The position numbers were made by a program, and so were the translations under genes. From IMG/VR virus record IMGVR_UViG_3300043432_000083, positions 1-64,000 of that record: a DNA stretch of 64,000 bases; one strand, 5' to 3'. The stretch comes from a virus (Duplodnaviria; Caudoviricetes). Below the pieces are notes generated by a model. The model was not told where the DNA came from and made no database searches. It worked only from the letters and a program-made list of their open reading frames with translations. Below are positions 25,475 to 36,239 of the stretch, piece after piece (position 1 is the stretch's first letter; every line of letters begins with the position of its first letter).

Positions 25475-26266
25475 CTACACGACCTCCTCTAGGCTCCAGG
25501 TGCCTTCATACTGCGTCAGGAACCGTTCGGTCCAGGTTCGCGCTTCGCTGCGCCGAACAAGCCAGGCATCGGCGGTGCCGCTGGTGGTGGCATCCCAGAG
25601 CACGAATGGCTGGTGTAGACCTAGCTGATCAATTTGCAGCATGCCAGACAGCTCCGACGATCCGACTGCGAGCGACGGTAGCGTGATTTGTGTTCGCGCT
25701 GATCCAAGTTGGAGGATGTCTTTGCCTCCGTCTGGATAGTCCACCGTCATCACCGGGTCGATGCGCTGCCGGTCAACCGGGTACAGGGGATCAGTGATGT
25801 CCAATGCCCCACCGACGAGAATTGTTCCGGCTTGATATTGCGTCCCGCTGCTCGGAGCCTGTGAATTGATGCGGATGTTCAAATATCGATATGAGCATGG
25901 GTTGACATTCAGATCTGTCAGTCGAATGGCGAGCCGCTTGCGTCCAGTATAGAGTTCAGTTTGCACCATCAGACCGGCTGTCCACGGTGGGGCACCCCAT
26001 GAGGATGGCACCGAATTGCCTTGAACGAGTACGCTGGTGACATTGGTGTTGTCAAGAAACAGGGCGGGAGTGGAGGCCACTGCTGACCAGAGATTGCCTG
26101 CTCCTGCATCCAGGATGATATCGACCGTTCCAGCCAGCGATGCGGATTTCCAGGGCCGGAATGGATGATAGGGATAGGAGGTGATGAAGGTGATTGGGAA
26201 TTCGGTGTCGGCGGATGTCGCTGAGGCGGTGAAGGTATAGAAGGAACTCACGATGCGATAGGGCAT
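25475..26266 (-). CDS. Distal tail/hub protein
   Basis: Directly after the tape measure; ends WSLEEVV. Confidence 0.7.
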   Translation of the reverse strand: MPYRIVSSFYTFTASATSADTEFPITFITSYPYHPFRPWKSASLAGTVDIILDAGAGNLWSAVASTPALFLDNTNVTSVLVQGNSVPSSWGAPPWTAGLMVQTELYTGRKRLAIRLTDLNVNPCSYRYLNIRINSQAPSSGTQYQAGTILVGGALDITDPLYPVDRQRIDPVMTVDYPDGGKDILQLGSARTQITLPSLAVGSSELSGMLQIDQLGLHQPFVLWDATTSGTADAWLVRRSEARTWTERFLTQYEGTWSLEEVV

Positions 26267-29200
26267 TAGCCGTTCCCCTGCTGCATATCTTTGACTGCTC
26301 GCCGCAATCGGCTGCCGGTTCGCAATTTGTCAACCAACGCCGTTTCCAATTCGTCAGCCAGCTTTCGCGCATCGGTCTGCCGGTCAGCGGTGATGGTGAT
26401 CGTCGGAGAAAAGACAATGGTGTCGGAGCCACTGCCCCCAGACTGATAGGCGGCTGCCTCTGATGCCGTCAGGACACGCTCGCCGCGATGCAGATTCGCT
26501 ACGTAATTGTCGCGCGGGACGTAATCCAATCCCCCGGCATGGCTTGGTAGCGCCGCCCCAGGGAATAGTCCGGCAATCAGCGTCCCCAGATAATCCTTCA
26601 ACGTTTGGTCGATCTGTTGCAGGGCGGTCACCGCCTCTTGCTGCTTCTCAGCCACGAACTGCTCATAGGTTTTGTCGCCGATCACCGCTTGCAACGCATC
26701 GGCGGCCTGCTTCTGTTCCACCCGCAACCGGTCCATCTGGATTGCCAACTCGTTCTGAATGGCAGTAAGTGCCTTGACTTGGAGCTGAGTGAGACTATCC
26801 ATCGCGGCCTGCTCTCTGGCTGAAATCTCTTGCAGAGTCATCTGGAGATTCGCCTGCTCGGCCTGGATCGCGGAGTCAATCGACGCGAGCTGGTCAATGG
26901 TTTGCTGCCGCTCGGCCTCAATCGCGGCATCGATGAGCGCGAGTTGCCCGGTTTGGCTATCGTTCAGCGCCGCGATCTGTGTGTCTATTGAGGCAAGCTG
27001 GTCTGACTGCTGCTGATTCAAGGCTTCGATGCTGGATTGAATCTCCTCGGCAGATCGCCCTTGTCCAGCCACCGACGCAATGCCTTGCAAGGCAGACGAC
27101 ACCTCGGCTGCGAGATTTTGGAATGCGGTTGACGGCAATTCATAGCCAGGCACTTGCTGCGCGGTTTGCAGGAGGCGCTGTCCGAGGTCCTGCACCGTCT
27201 TGGCTGCCTCAGCACTTGGCGACGCTTGAAAAGCTGAGTACGCTTCCTCAAATTGGGCTTTAAGTAGATCCAAACTCGTTTGTGGATGCGTTGGGGCCAG
27301 AAGATCAGTGATCGCGTCAAGCTGAGATTTCACTGCCTCCGCGATGCGCTGCCAGTCCTGGGCGAGTTGCAGTTCTTTCTGAAGGGCGTCAATCTCTGCC
27401 CGATTCGCATCTTGAATCGCCCGCTTCTGGTCATTGAGCGCATCGATCTGGACCTTCAGGCTGTCCTGGATGGTCTTCCGCTCCGTCTCTAGCGCGTCGA
27501 TCCTCGCATTGGAGGCGTCCTGGATCGCCTGCTTCTCCGCATTCAGATCGGCGATCCTGGCGTCAGAGGCTTGCTGGGCTGCGGTGCGTTCAGCTTGAAA
27601 CGCCGCTGCCGTGGCCTGCCGGATCGCCGCAAAGCCCGCCTCGGTGTTCTGGTAGAGGGTTTGAAGTGCTGAGACTGCTTCCGCCGCCGACGCCATGCCG
27701 TGAATCTGGAGAATCAACGTATTGAACGCGGACTTGAGTTGCGGCAGGGTCGCGTTGAAGGTCGTGACATCCGAGCCCCACGCCTTGAATGCCGAACCGA
27801 ACAGCGCCAATCGTGAGTTCACGTCGTCGAATTCCTGCCAGAGTTGGCGGGCGACATCGACCGGAGACGATGATGCAGACGTAACGTAGGCCCCGACTTC
27901 ACCAGTGATCGCGGTTGCCGACCACGGACTGAGCGCGCCTCGTTCCGCGGAGATCGTGAAGAACAATTCCGCTGCCGTCGTCAACTCTTTATTGATGGCC
28001 ATCACGGCGTCATGCAGCCTGGAGGCAATCGTCACCTGTTGCTGATAGGCGTCGGAGACCGCTTGCACAGCGGCTTGTGCGGCTTTTGCGATCTGCTCTG
28101 GTGAGTCCCCCGATTCAATGCTAACGGTCAGCGCATCGGCAGCCTTCGTGACACTCTCAGTCGCACGATCCATCATACGCCGTAGGCTGGCCGTGATCTC
28201 GTCTGTGTCGGTGCTGATGCTCGCCACTGCCTCATCAATGGCAGAGGACATCGCGGAGATTGTTAGAAGCGCCTCGCCGACGCGCTTCACGGTATCGGTA
28301 AAGGCTTCGCCCTCCTGCTGGAATTGTTTGAAATAATCGACCGTGATCTTCGTGAAGTCGGCCAGGGTCCCTGTGTAACCGTCCATGTTTGCCCCGGCAT
28401 CCTTGAGCAATGTAGACATCACAGAGAGCGAGGTCATCAGCGCGTCGAAGCCTTTGACTGCATCGCCCTTCTCACCGCCGCCGAGGGCCTTTAGGTCGAG
28501 ATCGCCAAAGCCCAGCGCGGCGACAATATCCGACACGGCCTCATCTGCCAATCCCTGGATACGCTTTTTCAGCTTCTTGCCCGCCTTGCCGCCTTTCCAC
28601 TTTTTGTCAACAATCTCAAGTCCGGTTTCTTCCAGTACCGTCATGGCTGCATCAAGCTCGGCCCCGAGGCGTTCCGGTAAGATGGTCATGAGCTGAACGG
28701 CATTCTCAACGATGCCGTGGAACAGCTTGTTGAGCGCATCCGCGAGACTCCGCTTAAGTTCCTGCTCTTTGCTGTTCTTCAACACATTGCCGCCGACGTA
28801 GGCTCGCACGTCCCCGACCCTCACGCCTGGCTCCGGGACATCCTCGAAATCGCTGCGCAGGGCATTACGGCTGAATGGATAGATACTGGCCTCGATTTTC
28901 CCCTTCGGCGTTGAGCCGAAGAGCGAGCCGATAAAGCCACCGATGAGCGTGCCGATGCCAGGGAGTAGGATAGTGCCAACCATGGAGCCCATCTGCGCAG
29001 CCTTGTTCCCATCCCAAATCGCGTTCGAGATGACATCGGACAGCTTGCCTCCCAATGAGCCGATGATAGAGCCCACGACGCCGCCGATGCCTGGCAAAAT
29101 CATATTTCCAACCATCCCGCCGATGCCTCCGATAATAGTCGCGCTTGTCCCGCCAAACATCGACCCCATGCCGAATCCGAGCATGCCGCCCGCCGCGCCT

Positions 29201-32200
29201 TGCCCCAACAATTCCGCGCCAGGCACGCCCGCCTGTGACAGCAGCGAGCCGATCTTGCTCCCGAACGCCTGCAACCCACCACCGAAGATCGATAGGAGCT
29301 TCGAGGCCCAGCCGAGCACAGAGCCGAAGATGCCAACATCACCACTGGCGACCTGCGCCGTATCGCCAAGCGTTTTGATGTTGCTGATGGCCTCAGTTGC
29401 CCCGGTCCATTGGAGCTGTGCTGCTGCTGCAGGGGAGGCGCTCAAGCTTACCATGCCGCCAATAGCTCTCGCGATCTTCTCCAGTCCGCCGAGGGCCTTT
29501 GGGATCTGCTGGAGCATGAGAATGACCTTGCCGACCTTGACGCCGAAAAGCGACATAATATCGGTGATGCCCTCGAACGCATTCTTAAATTGGGCAGCCA
29601 TTGAAAGAGAGGTCTCTTTGAGCTTGTACATTGAGGTATCAAGCTCTAGTATTTTCTCCTTGATGAGCGCGACTATAACAGGCGATTCTTTTTGGGTGTC
29701 CAACAACTCTGACCAAAACTGTTGCTCCTTCTGCAAGAGACTCAGTCGCTGCAGATCAGCCTCAATAGGAGATAGTTTCTTCATCTCTTGCAAAGCGTCG
29801 ATGCGTTCTCGATCAATTTGTAACAGCTTTATTTTTTCATTCACTAATTGCTCGATGCTGTTGAATGCTGAGATTTGCGATGCTGTTTCTTGATCCAATG
29901 CCTTGGACATGGCATGGCTATTCTCGATGATCGCATTCGCAGCTTTCTTAATATCATTCTGACGCATCTGTTCCCTGGTCTGGTAGAGACGCGAATCGAT
30001 TTCTTGCAGCATCTTCGTATAGCCGAGATATTGCAAACGAAGCTCATTCAAATAATCTATTGTGGCTTGTTCGTCGGCATCCAGCGCAGCTTTGAGGACG
30101 GACTGCTGTATCGCCCGCGCTTGACGAAAATACTCCAACTTCTTCTGTTCGGCTTCCTGCTCAGCGAGAACTCCTTGTTGACGCAATGCTTCTATCTTAC
30201 TTTCCAAATCCTTTTGAATGCCTTGAACAGCCAGACTGTAGTCGACCTGGTCCTGTTTCTTCTGCGCTTGCTTTGCAATCTCCAACCCAGCAGCATTTTG
30301 TGCTGCATTTTTTGCCTTCTCGATGAAGTCCAATTCGATCTGCAGTCGTTTTTCAGAGAGCTGAACAAGTTCGTCCGTTGATTGGTATTGCGAGATGTGG
30401 CGATCCTCATATGATTGCTGGACAGCTTTCGTCTCGTCATCAAGAGCTTTTAGAACCAGAGTTTTTTCATTTTCAGCCCGCTGCTGTTGCAGGTCGATGT
30501 CCTTCTTTGAGAGGTCTACGGCATGCTCAAATCGCTGGCTGTCTATATCTCGCAGCTTAACTGCTAAGTTTGTGTTGATCAGCTCAATCTCGTTGGCTCG
30601 GGTTTTTTCAGCCTGTGTACGATCCAGTCCATATTTGAGTTGATTGTCATACACCGCTTGCACAGTCTTTTTGTCCAGCTCTGCTTGCTGTCGAATAGCA
30701 TCTTCGCCAGCAGACAGCAGATTGATCTTGGCGCTGCCGATCTGCTTGGCCTTCTGGATGTCTTGTTCAGCTTCCTGAGCCTGCGCCTTGGCAACGCTGG
30801 CCATGATCGATTTTACAGCCGCTTCGTGAAGCTGCTCATAGGTGATCTTCTTCTTCATGGCCTCTTGGGCAATGGCATCGACCTTATCCGCAGCTTCCTT
30901 TGCGTCGGAAACTTGCAGAGTTCCAGCTTTTATACCTGCTGCCAACTGAAGTTCTTGCAATTCGATTTGTTTGTTGGCAGATATTTCTGCTGCCTTCGCT
31001 GGGGACAAGGTGGCTTGGGCGAGCTGCATCTGCGCTTGGGAGAGCTGCTGAATCAATTGCATTTGTTTCTGCAAGGCGCCAGCGGAGATCGGATCAGGTG
31101 GCGCGTTTCGTTTCTCGATCTCTTCCAGGATATCCTGTCTACGCTTCATCAGCGCTTCTTCCTCAATCGATTGCTTTCCTCGAATCCATCGGAAGAAATT
31201 CTCTAGTCGTCGAGTCTGGTCAGCGATCCATCCCTCTACAGTCGTCACCAATGCAGTGTTCTTGAACCAATTGAAGAATCCCGCCGCAACATCTTTCCAT
31301 GTATTCCACGCTAGGATCACACCAGTGATGGCAGCTCCAACGGCAATGATCTCTGGGGTCAGCATGCCTACTGCTGTAATCAGTGCGCCAATGCCCAGTT
31401 TAATAAGTACCGCCTTCAGACCCAGGAACAAGGTAGTCAATGCAGCTACAGCAATGCTAATGGCTGCAAATTGCTTAATAACACCACCTACTTCGGTGTT
31501 ACCGAATACAGCAAGACTTTCACTTGTCGTTTTCATAGCTGTGGCTATGGCTGTGAGAATAGGAAGTAGATCTTTGAATATCTGGAGTTTTATGGCAGTT
31601 TCAGCCTCTCCGATATCATGAAGCTGGCGCTGCCAATCGGTGAATTTTTTCTTCGTCAGATTATCAATGCCGAGGCCCATCTTTTCAACCTCTTCGGTTG
31701 CCTCGGCCATGCGTTCTTTGAATTGCGTTAGCAGTGGCATAAGTGCCAAGCCTTGTCGACTGAATGTGTCCCGAACAGCATTCAAAGCGGCATTCTTACC
31801 AGTCATGTTTTTCATACCCTCAGCGATTTCGCCAAGGATTTTCACTTGGCCTTTCATATGCCCTGATGAATCTCGAACAGATACCCCGAACTTTGCCAAG
31901 CCAGAGCCACCAGTTTCTATCTCATTCGAGAGCATGAAAAAGGCCCGCTGCAGAACGCTGGTATCCACCCCCACGTCCCCAGCCGCCTTCTGCAAGGCGG
32001 CCAGTTCGGTGGTTGAGGCATCCGTCACCAAAGACAGGCGCTTCAGTTCGCGGACATAATCCACGACTTCTGCTGATGCTTCCTTGAATGCGTGGACTAA
32101 CTTATAGCCAATGAATGTGCCGAACAGCGTGGCAGGGTCCATAAGCTGACGAAATCCATTAGCGGTATGTTCCAGCGAATTTTGAAGCTGTTGAAACGCT

Positions 32201-32346
32201 GAGACTGACTCTTTTTGGGAATCTTGGATCTTCTTGCCTGACTCCTCCGCCTTCTTCCCAAGGGAGTCCAATCCTTGAGTTACCTTCGCAAAAATCTGCG
32301 AGGCAGAGTCTTCAGCAGAAATCGTCAGTGTGACTTGTTGCCCCAC
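26266..32346 (-). CDS. Tape measure protein (2026 aa)
   Basis: Long helical A/Q/E/K-rich ORF; Gly-rich TM-like repeats; C-terminal SHAGGLDYVPRDNYVANLHRGERVLT. Confidence 0.93.
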   Translation of the reverse strand: MGQQVTLTISAEDSASQIFAKVTQGLDSLGKKAEESGKKIQDSQKESVSAFQQLQNSLEHTANGFRQLMDPATLFGTFIGYKLVHAFKEASAEVVDYVRELKRLSLVTDASTTELAALQKAAGDVGVDTSVLQRAFFMLSNEIETGGSGLAKFGVSVRDSSGHMKGQVKILGEIAEGMKNMTGKNAALNAVRDTFSRQGLALMPLLTQFKERMAEATEEVEKMGLGIDNLTKKKFTDWQRQLHDIGEAETAIKLQIFKDLLPILTAIATAMKTTSESLAVFGNTEVGGVIKQFAAISIAVAALTTLFLGLKAVLIKLGIGALITAVGMLTPEIIAVGAAITGVILAWNTWKDVAAGFFNWFKNTALVTTVEGWIADQTRRLENFFRWIRGKQSIEEEALMKRRQDILEEIEKRNAPPDPISAGALQKQMQLIQQLSQAQMQLAQATLSPAKAAEISANKQIELQELQLAAGIKAGTLQVSDAKEAADKVDAIAQEAMKKKITYEQLHEAAVKSIMASVAKAQAQEAEQDIQKAKQIGSAKINLLSAGEDAIRQQAELDKKTVQAVYDNQLKYGLDRTQAEKTRANEIELINTNLAVKLRDIDSQRFEHAVDLSKKDIDLQQQRAENEKTLVLKALDDETKAVQQSYEDRHISQYQSTDELVQLSEKRLQIELDFIEKAKNAAQNAAGLEIAKQAQKKQDQVDYSLAVQGIQKDLESKIEALRQQGVLAEQEAEQKKLEYFRQARAIQQSVLKAALDADEQATIDYLNELRLQYLGYTKMLQEIDSRLYQTREQMRQNDIKKAANAIIENSHAMSKALDQETASQISAFNSIEQLVNEKIKLLQIDRERIDALQEMKKLSPIEADLQRLSLLQKEQQFWSELLDTQKESPVIVALIKEKILELDTSMYKLKETSLSMAAQFKNAFEGITDIMSLFGVKVGKVILMLQQIPKALGGLEKIARAIGGMVSLSASPAAAAQLQWTGATEAISNIKTLGDTAQVASGDVGIFGSVLGWASKLLSIFGGGLQAFGSKIGSLLSQAGVPGAELLGQGAAGGMLGFGMGSMFGGTSATIIGGIGGMVGNMILPGIGGVVGSIIGSLGGKLSDVISNAIWDGNKAAQMGSMVGTILLPGIGTLIGGFIGSLFGSTPKGKIEASIYPFSRNALRSDFEDVPEPGVRVGDVRAYVGGNVLKNSKEQELKRSLADALNKLFHGIVENAVQLMTILPERLGAELDAAMTVLEETGLEIVDKKWKGGKAGKKLKKRIQGLADEAVSDIVAALGFGDLDLKALGGGEKGDAVKGFDALMTSLSVMSTLLKDAGANMDGYTGTLADFTKITVDYFKQFQQEGEAFTDTVKRVGEALLTISAMSSAIDEAVASISTDTDEITASLRRMMDRATESVTKAADALTVSIESGDSPEQIAKAAQAAVQAVSDAYQQQVTIASRLHDAVMAINKELTTAAELFFTISAERGALSPWSATAITGEVGAYVTSASSSPVDVARQLWQEFDDVNSRLALFGSAFKAWGSDVTTFNATLPQLKSAFNTLILQIHGMASAAEAVSALQTLYQNTEAGFAAIRQATAAAFQAERTAAQQASDARIADLNAEKQAIQDASNARIDALETERKTIQDSLKVQIDALNDQKRAIQDANRAEIDALQKELQLAQDWQRIAEAVKSQLDAITDLLAPTHPQTSLDLLKAQFEEAYSAFQASPSAEAAKTVQDLGQRLLQTAQQVPGYELPSTAFQNLAAEVSSALQGIASVAGQGRSAEEIQSSIEALNQQQSDQLASIDTQIAALNDSQTGQLALIDAAIEAERQQTIDQLASIDSAIQAEQANLQMTLQEISAREQAAMDSLTQLQVKALTAIQNELAIQMDRLRVEQKQAADALQAVIGDKTYEQFVAEKQQEAVTALQQIDQTLKDYLGTLIAGLFPGAALPSHAGGLDYVPRDNYVANLHRGERVLTASEAAAYQSGGSGSDTIVFSPTITITADRQTDARKLADELETALVDKLRTGSRLRRAVKDMQQGNG

Positions 32347-32610
32347 TCAGCGCCTCCTAGTATTCATGTCGGCTTTGCGTTCCGCGTCTTGGAGCAAATG
32401 CTCATACAGATAGCAGAGCAAGTCCCACGTGGTCAGCACGTCCTGCTTCGTGCCTCGCAATCCACCCGCTAATTCCAAGGCGATCATGCCGAGTCCGAAC
32501 TCCTTGACCATAGGCCGCCCTAAGTATGACCAGAGCCGCAAGGTTTCCCGTATGATTGGATCATCAGTAGGATTATGGCCATCAGCAGGGGTCGCCCCGC
32601 TGATCGCCAT
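32347..32610 (-). CDS. Tail assembly chaperone C-terminal extension (gpT-like, -1 frame)
   Basis: In frame after a -1 shift at A AAA AAC. Confidence 0.7.
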   Translation of the reverse strand: MAISGATPADGHNPTDDPIIRETLRLWSYLGRPMVKEFGLGMIALELAGGLRGTKQDVLTTWDLLCYLYEHLLQDAERKADMNTRRR

Positions 32611-32623
32611 TAGGAGTTTTTTT
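32581..32623 (-). promoter_or_regulatory. Programmed -1 frameshift site with 3' stimulatory hairpin
   Basis: CAA AAA AAC TCC TAA, followed by ATCAGCGGGG-cga-CCCCTGCTGAT hairpin. Confidence 0.75.
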
Positions 32624-33038
32624 GCAACTCCCCCCTATCCGGCACAGCCGCCAACCCAGACGACTGGCCAATGATCAGCAACTGCACCGACTGTGGGAGC
32701 TGGAGTTTCGTTTCATCGGTACAGGCCGGGTTGCCCTGCACACCCTTCCAGCCAACCACGAGATGCTGGATGATCTGTTTCCGGTAGCCCTTCCAGTTCG
32801 TCTCTTCAAAGCGACCAGACCGATCAGACTTAGTCCGGGTATGCTGAGTTTTGACATCCTCAAACCAATCGGCAGGCATTCGACGGCATTCGAACGCAGA
32901 CCAGCCATCAGTCTTCAGTTCACCATCTGAAGGCTCGTCGGTCAACACCTTGTGGGTGATTTGTGTCTGGTCTTCCTGATCAACAGAGATCAACAACCAG
33001 AAGCGTTCGTCAGGCTGGACTAATGTGATAAGACCCAT
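32610..33038 (-). CDS. Tail assembly chaperone (gpG-like)
   Basis: Between tail tube and tape measure; LVVGWKGV motif; ends QKNS. Confidence 0.8.
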   Translation of the reverse strand: MGLITLVQPDERFWLLISVDQEDQTQITHKVLTDEPSDGELKTDGWSAFECRRMPADWFEDVKTQHTRTKSDRSGRFEETNWKGYRKQIIQHLVVGWKGVQGNPACTDETKLQLPQSVQLLIIGQSSGLAAVPDRGELQKNS

Positions 33039-33124
33039 GAGTAAAGCTCCTTTGCCGCCATGTCCTAAGTCACTCAGGACATCCCGGTCTCGGCCACTCA
33101 TGGGCACAGGATGGAAGGTGAGAA

Positions 33125-34105
33125 CTAGACTACGTTATACCCTGTCGCTTGTGTGTTGGTGAGTGTGATCCTGATCGCGTAGCTGCTGGTGGTATCAAAC
33201 TCCCCAGTACCTTGGAATCCAACAGAAATCCGGTTCGGCCCGCCAATGTTGGCCGGGAAGCTACTATACAGCATCTTTGGAACATCGATAGTCATATATG
33301 GGCCGCTGGACACCGCTGGGGCCAGATTCAACAGCAGGCGCCGCTGAGTCTGGTTCTTGAAGGCGTTGAACTCCGTCAGATCCTGGAAATCCACCGTTCC
33401 GCTGACACGTACCTGCGTTGGCCCATTCCGAACAAATCGGTTCGGCACCCGTTGTCCGTCCAGCATAATGATCCCATCGGCGGGGTTCTCAATGGACACG
33501 GTGATAGATTCTGCAAAGTCAATAGCGGAACCCCCGACGCTCACAGAAGCGACATTCCACGCCCACTCCATCGGTTCAGTGAAGGTCGCGGTTGATGCCG
33601 CCATGATCGAAGTGACGCGGAACATCACCGTTGCTTTGGCTTGAACTAAAGCATTGCCTTGGACAGTCAGTTCGACTTTCGTGAAGATGGCATCGCTGTA
33701 CTGGAAGGCCGATGTGACATCTCTGTGAACCTGCAAGGTATAGGGAGGCAACATGCACTTCGGGTCGAACTTGGCATTTCGAGGGATGAATTCGTGGGTG
33801 TAGTCCTGGAACCCGGACACTGATGTTTGCGCGGTGGCGCTGACACTAGACTGTCCACACACGCCCCTCAAAAAGTGCCCGATCAGGAGCGGATGTGGCT
33901 CCATCGTGACGTCTCCGCCGCCCGATTCCTTACCCGGTTGCGCGATGCCTTCTGCGGTGCGTCCCACGATGCTTCCACGCCGAATCTGTTCAATGTTGGT
34001 CTGGAGCCCTTCCGAGACGATAGGTACGAAATTCCATGAGCTTGTCGCTGTCCCAAAACTCTGCTGTCTCGATACAGCCAGAAATCCCAATACGCCTTCA
34101 GCCAT
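33125..34105 (-). CDS. Major tail tube protein
   Basis: SRQQSFGTA..GGDVTME..YTHEF..PYTLQV..ITLTN. Confidence 0.88.
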   Translation of the reverse strand: MAEGVLGFLAVSRQQSFGTATSSWNFVPIVSEGLQTNIEQIRRGSIVGRTAEGIAQPGKESGGGDVTMEPHPLLIGHFLRGVCGQSSVSATAQTSVSGFQDYTHEFIPRNAKFDPKCMLPPYTLQVHRDVTSAFQYSDAIFTKVELTVQGNALVQAKATVMFRVTSIMAASTATFTEPMEWAWNVASVSVGGSAIDFAESITVSIENPADGIIMLDGQRVPNRFVRNGPTQVRVSGTVDFQDLTEFNAFKNQTQRRLLLNLAPAVSSGPYMTIDVPKMLYSSFPANIGGPNRISVGFQGTGEFDTTSSYAIRITLTNTQATGYNVV

Positions 34106-34132
34106 GTTCAGATCCTAGACGACTTCGCGTCA

Positions 34133-34345
34133 TTATCGGTCGCCTACACCGAGACCATCAGCGACAATAACTTTGATGTCGCGTTTCTCAACAAGTTTCT
34201 TCACTTCGGCATGGACAAGTCGAGCAGCTCCTCGGCTGACAAGGTCCTGTCCTCTGCTGTCTTCAATCTCGAAGATGGTCCCTGGTCCGACTGTACCCAC
34301 ATCGGAAATAAAGACCACCTCTTTGTCGGTCCACTCTAGTTTCAT
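34133..34345 (-). CDS. Small virion-associated protein
   Basis: GTVGPGTIFEIEDSRGQDLVSRG. Confidence 0.6.
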   Translation of the reverse strand: MKLEWTDKEVVFISDVGTVGPGTIFEIEDSRGQDLVSRGAARLVHAEVKKLVEKRDIKVIVADGLGVGDR

Positions 34346-34366
34346 TTGATTATAACCCTTTCTGCC

Positions 34367-35020
34367 TTACAGCTTAAGTAAATAATTTTGGATCGTTTGA
34401 TTCACCAATTGTTCTGCTAATGGGGGCGTAGGCAGCAATGGTCGCGCTTTCAGTCCAGGATGATGCACCTCCATTCGGAACATGACAGACTGGATGTCCC
34501 CTTTGCCTTTCGGAGCGCGTAGCCCTGCTCCCTTGATGGATTTTGCAGAGACAATACCAATCTTTGGTGTCCCAGATTGCCTCCGTACGAAGGAGGTCAA
34601 CTGCCCCGCGCCACCCAATCCGCTCATCGGCGGCATGAAGAACATTAACGCCTTGGCATTTTTCGGTCGGATGATATAGGGACGCGTTCCGAAGTGGTGA
34701 TACTCCGCCACAGAATTCTCGGGGAAGCCGACTACGACCTTGTCTGCCGACGCCTGATAGGTTACAGAGGCTCGCAGGATGCCGTTGTTCTGAAGGATCT
34801 TTGCACCTCTGCCAGATTGACGCCGACCGAACAGGGTGGAGGATGCTAGGGGCGCCCACTTCTTCTCTGAGCCTTCTGCCTGGAAATTCCGGTCGATCCA
34901 TTTGACAAGCTCCACCCCGATCTGACGATGCAGTGCTATTCGATCCTTGATCCGCCCGCCAGTCTGGGAGATCAGCGCCCGCGCCTCCGTTAATCCTTTG
35001 GCAATGATCCCGAGGCCCAT
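34367..35020 (-). CDS. Virion morphogenesis / tail completion protein (Mu gpG-like)
   Basis: RNFQAEG..WAPLASST..KILQNNGILRAS..YHHFGT..IIRPKNAKAL..VHHPGLKARPLL. Confidence 0.85.
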   Translation of the reverse strand: MGLGIIAKGLTEARALISQTGGRIKDRIALHRQIGVELVKWIDRNFQAEGSEKKWAPLASSTLFGRRQSGRGAKILQNNGILRASVTYQASADKVVVGFPENSVAEYHHFGTRPYIIRPKNAKALMFFMPPMSGLGGAGQLTSFVRRQSGTPKIGIVSAKSIKGAGLRAPKGKGDIQSVMFRMEVHHPGLKARPLLPTPPLAEQLVNQTIQNYLLKL

Positions 35021-35520
35021 TATCGGCTTCCGACAGTGGTGTCGATCTGCAAGGAGAGGAAGTCTGAATTCGCCAGCACCACCGAGGAGAATGTCACGCG
35101 CTGAAACATGATTCCTTGTGCGCTGCTCGCATGATTGAATGTCCCAGCCTCGACGATGGACACAGACGCGACGCTATCCGCAGATCCACCCCAAGTGGTG
35201 ATGACAGTCCACACGTTGCCGTTCAATGAAACGACATCATACGCTTTCCGTTTGACTTCCCCAGTTAGCGTCGCATTGGTCAGAGTCGCAGCGGTCGTAA
35301 CGGTGCCGATGGCAGTGTAATACATCGGAGAATTTGTTCCAACTGCTCGTGAGCCAACCCTTGAGGCCAGATAGTCCATACCATTGCTGACAATGAGATT
35401 GTCGCGTTCCTCTCGCTCGGTCATTACGACCGATCCGTTAGGCATCGTACGCCAGACTTCCTTGATCCATCGCCCATGCATCGGGAATACGCCAGCATCC
35501 GTGAAAATCAATTGTGACAT
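35020..35520 (-). CDS. Collar/fibre-base structural protein, paralog A
   Basis: NLIVSNG..YTAIGT..LTGEVKRK..IVEAGTFN..GIMFQR. Confidence 0.75.
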   Translation of the reverse strand: MSQLIFTDAGVFPMHGRWIKEVWRTMPNGSVVMTEREERDNLIVSNGMDYLASRVGSRAVGTNSPMYYTAIGTVTTAATLTNATLTGEVKRKAYDVVSLNGNVWTVITTWGGSADSVASVSIVEAGTFNHASSAQGIMFQRVTFSSVVLANSDFLSLQIDTTVGSR

Positions 35521-35553
35521 AGGTGCCCGCCATTCGCCATTCGAGGCAGTATT

Positions 35554-35796
35554 TTAGTCTCGCCGAACTGTTCTCATATTGACCAGATCGTCCCGTCCTG
35601 GACGCTGGGTGACGAAGCTTGCAACCAATGAGACCCCATCCCTGTAGACGACGCCTCGCCACTTGCAGGATCGGCATTGGAAGATATTGATCCCAGACAG
35701 ATGTTCTGCCAGCACTGCATTGCAATCCGGGCAACGGATGCGATGGCTTTCATCTGGAGTTCGTAATCGCAAGGCTTCTACAAATGCGTTCGTCAT
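35554..35796 (-). CDS. Zinc-ribbon protein (Mu Com-like)
   Basis: IRCPDCNAVLAE..QCRSCK. Confidence 0.6.
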   Translation of the reverse strand: MTNAFVEALRLRTPDESHRIRCPDCNAVLAEHLSGINIFQCRSCKWRGVVYRDGVSLVASFVTQRPGRDDLVNMRTVRRD

Positions 35797-36239
35797 AATG
35801 TGGCTGTCACCTCCGCTGCCAGGTCTATGGCTGCCTGTGCCCAGAATCCGTTATCGCCAGGGCCTCCGCCATGCTCGCCTCCGTTGATTTGCAACTGCCT
35901 CGATATCAGCGCGCCGCCAAGGGATCGATCAGTCATCAGGGCCAGCTCGACATAGCCCAGCAATTCGTCTCGCTGCGCCATCGCATCCTCGATTCCTGCC
36001 CCTGAAAAGGCGGCTACGACCACCTGCCATCGGTATAGATATCGTGTCCTTGTGCCTGCGGCAATAGGCTGCGTGGTCGGATCTCGCCGAAGCTCAAAAA
36101 TATTGATATGGGGTGATGCGCTGATCGGAATGACCGCCCTGGCGATCTCTATCGTTGCTTGAAGATCACGAACATTCGCATCATTCGCGATGGTGGTTTT
36201 CGTCCCGTTCAATATCGCGGTGTAATTGATGCGCGCCAT
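35793..36239 (-). CDS. Tail terminator-like protein
   Basis: Position; PHINIFE..DRSLGG. Confidence 0.7.
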   Translation of the reverse strand: MARINYTAILNGTKTTIANDANVRDLQATIEIARAVIPISASPHINIFELRRDPTTQPIAAGTRTRYLYRWQVVVAAFSGAGIEDAMAQRDELLGYVELALMTDRSLGGALISRQLQINGGEHGGGPGDNGFWAQAAIDLAAEVTATL

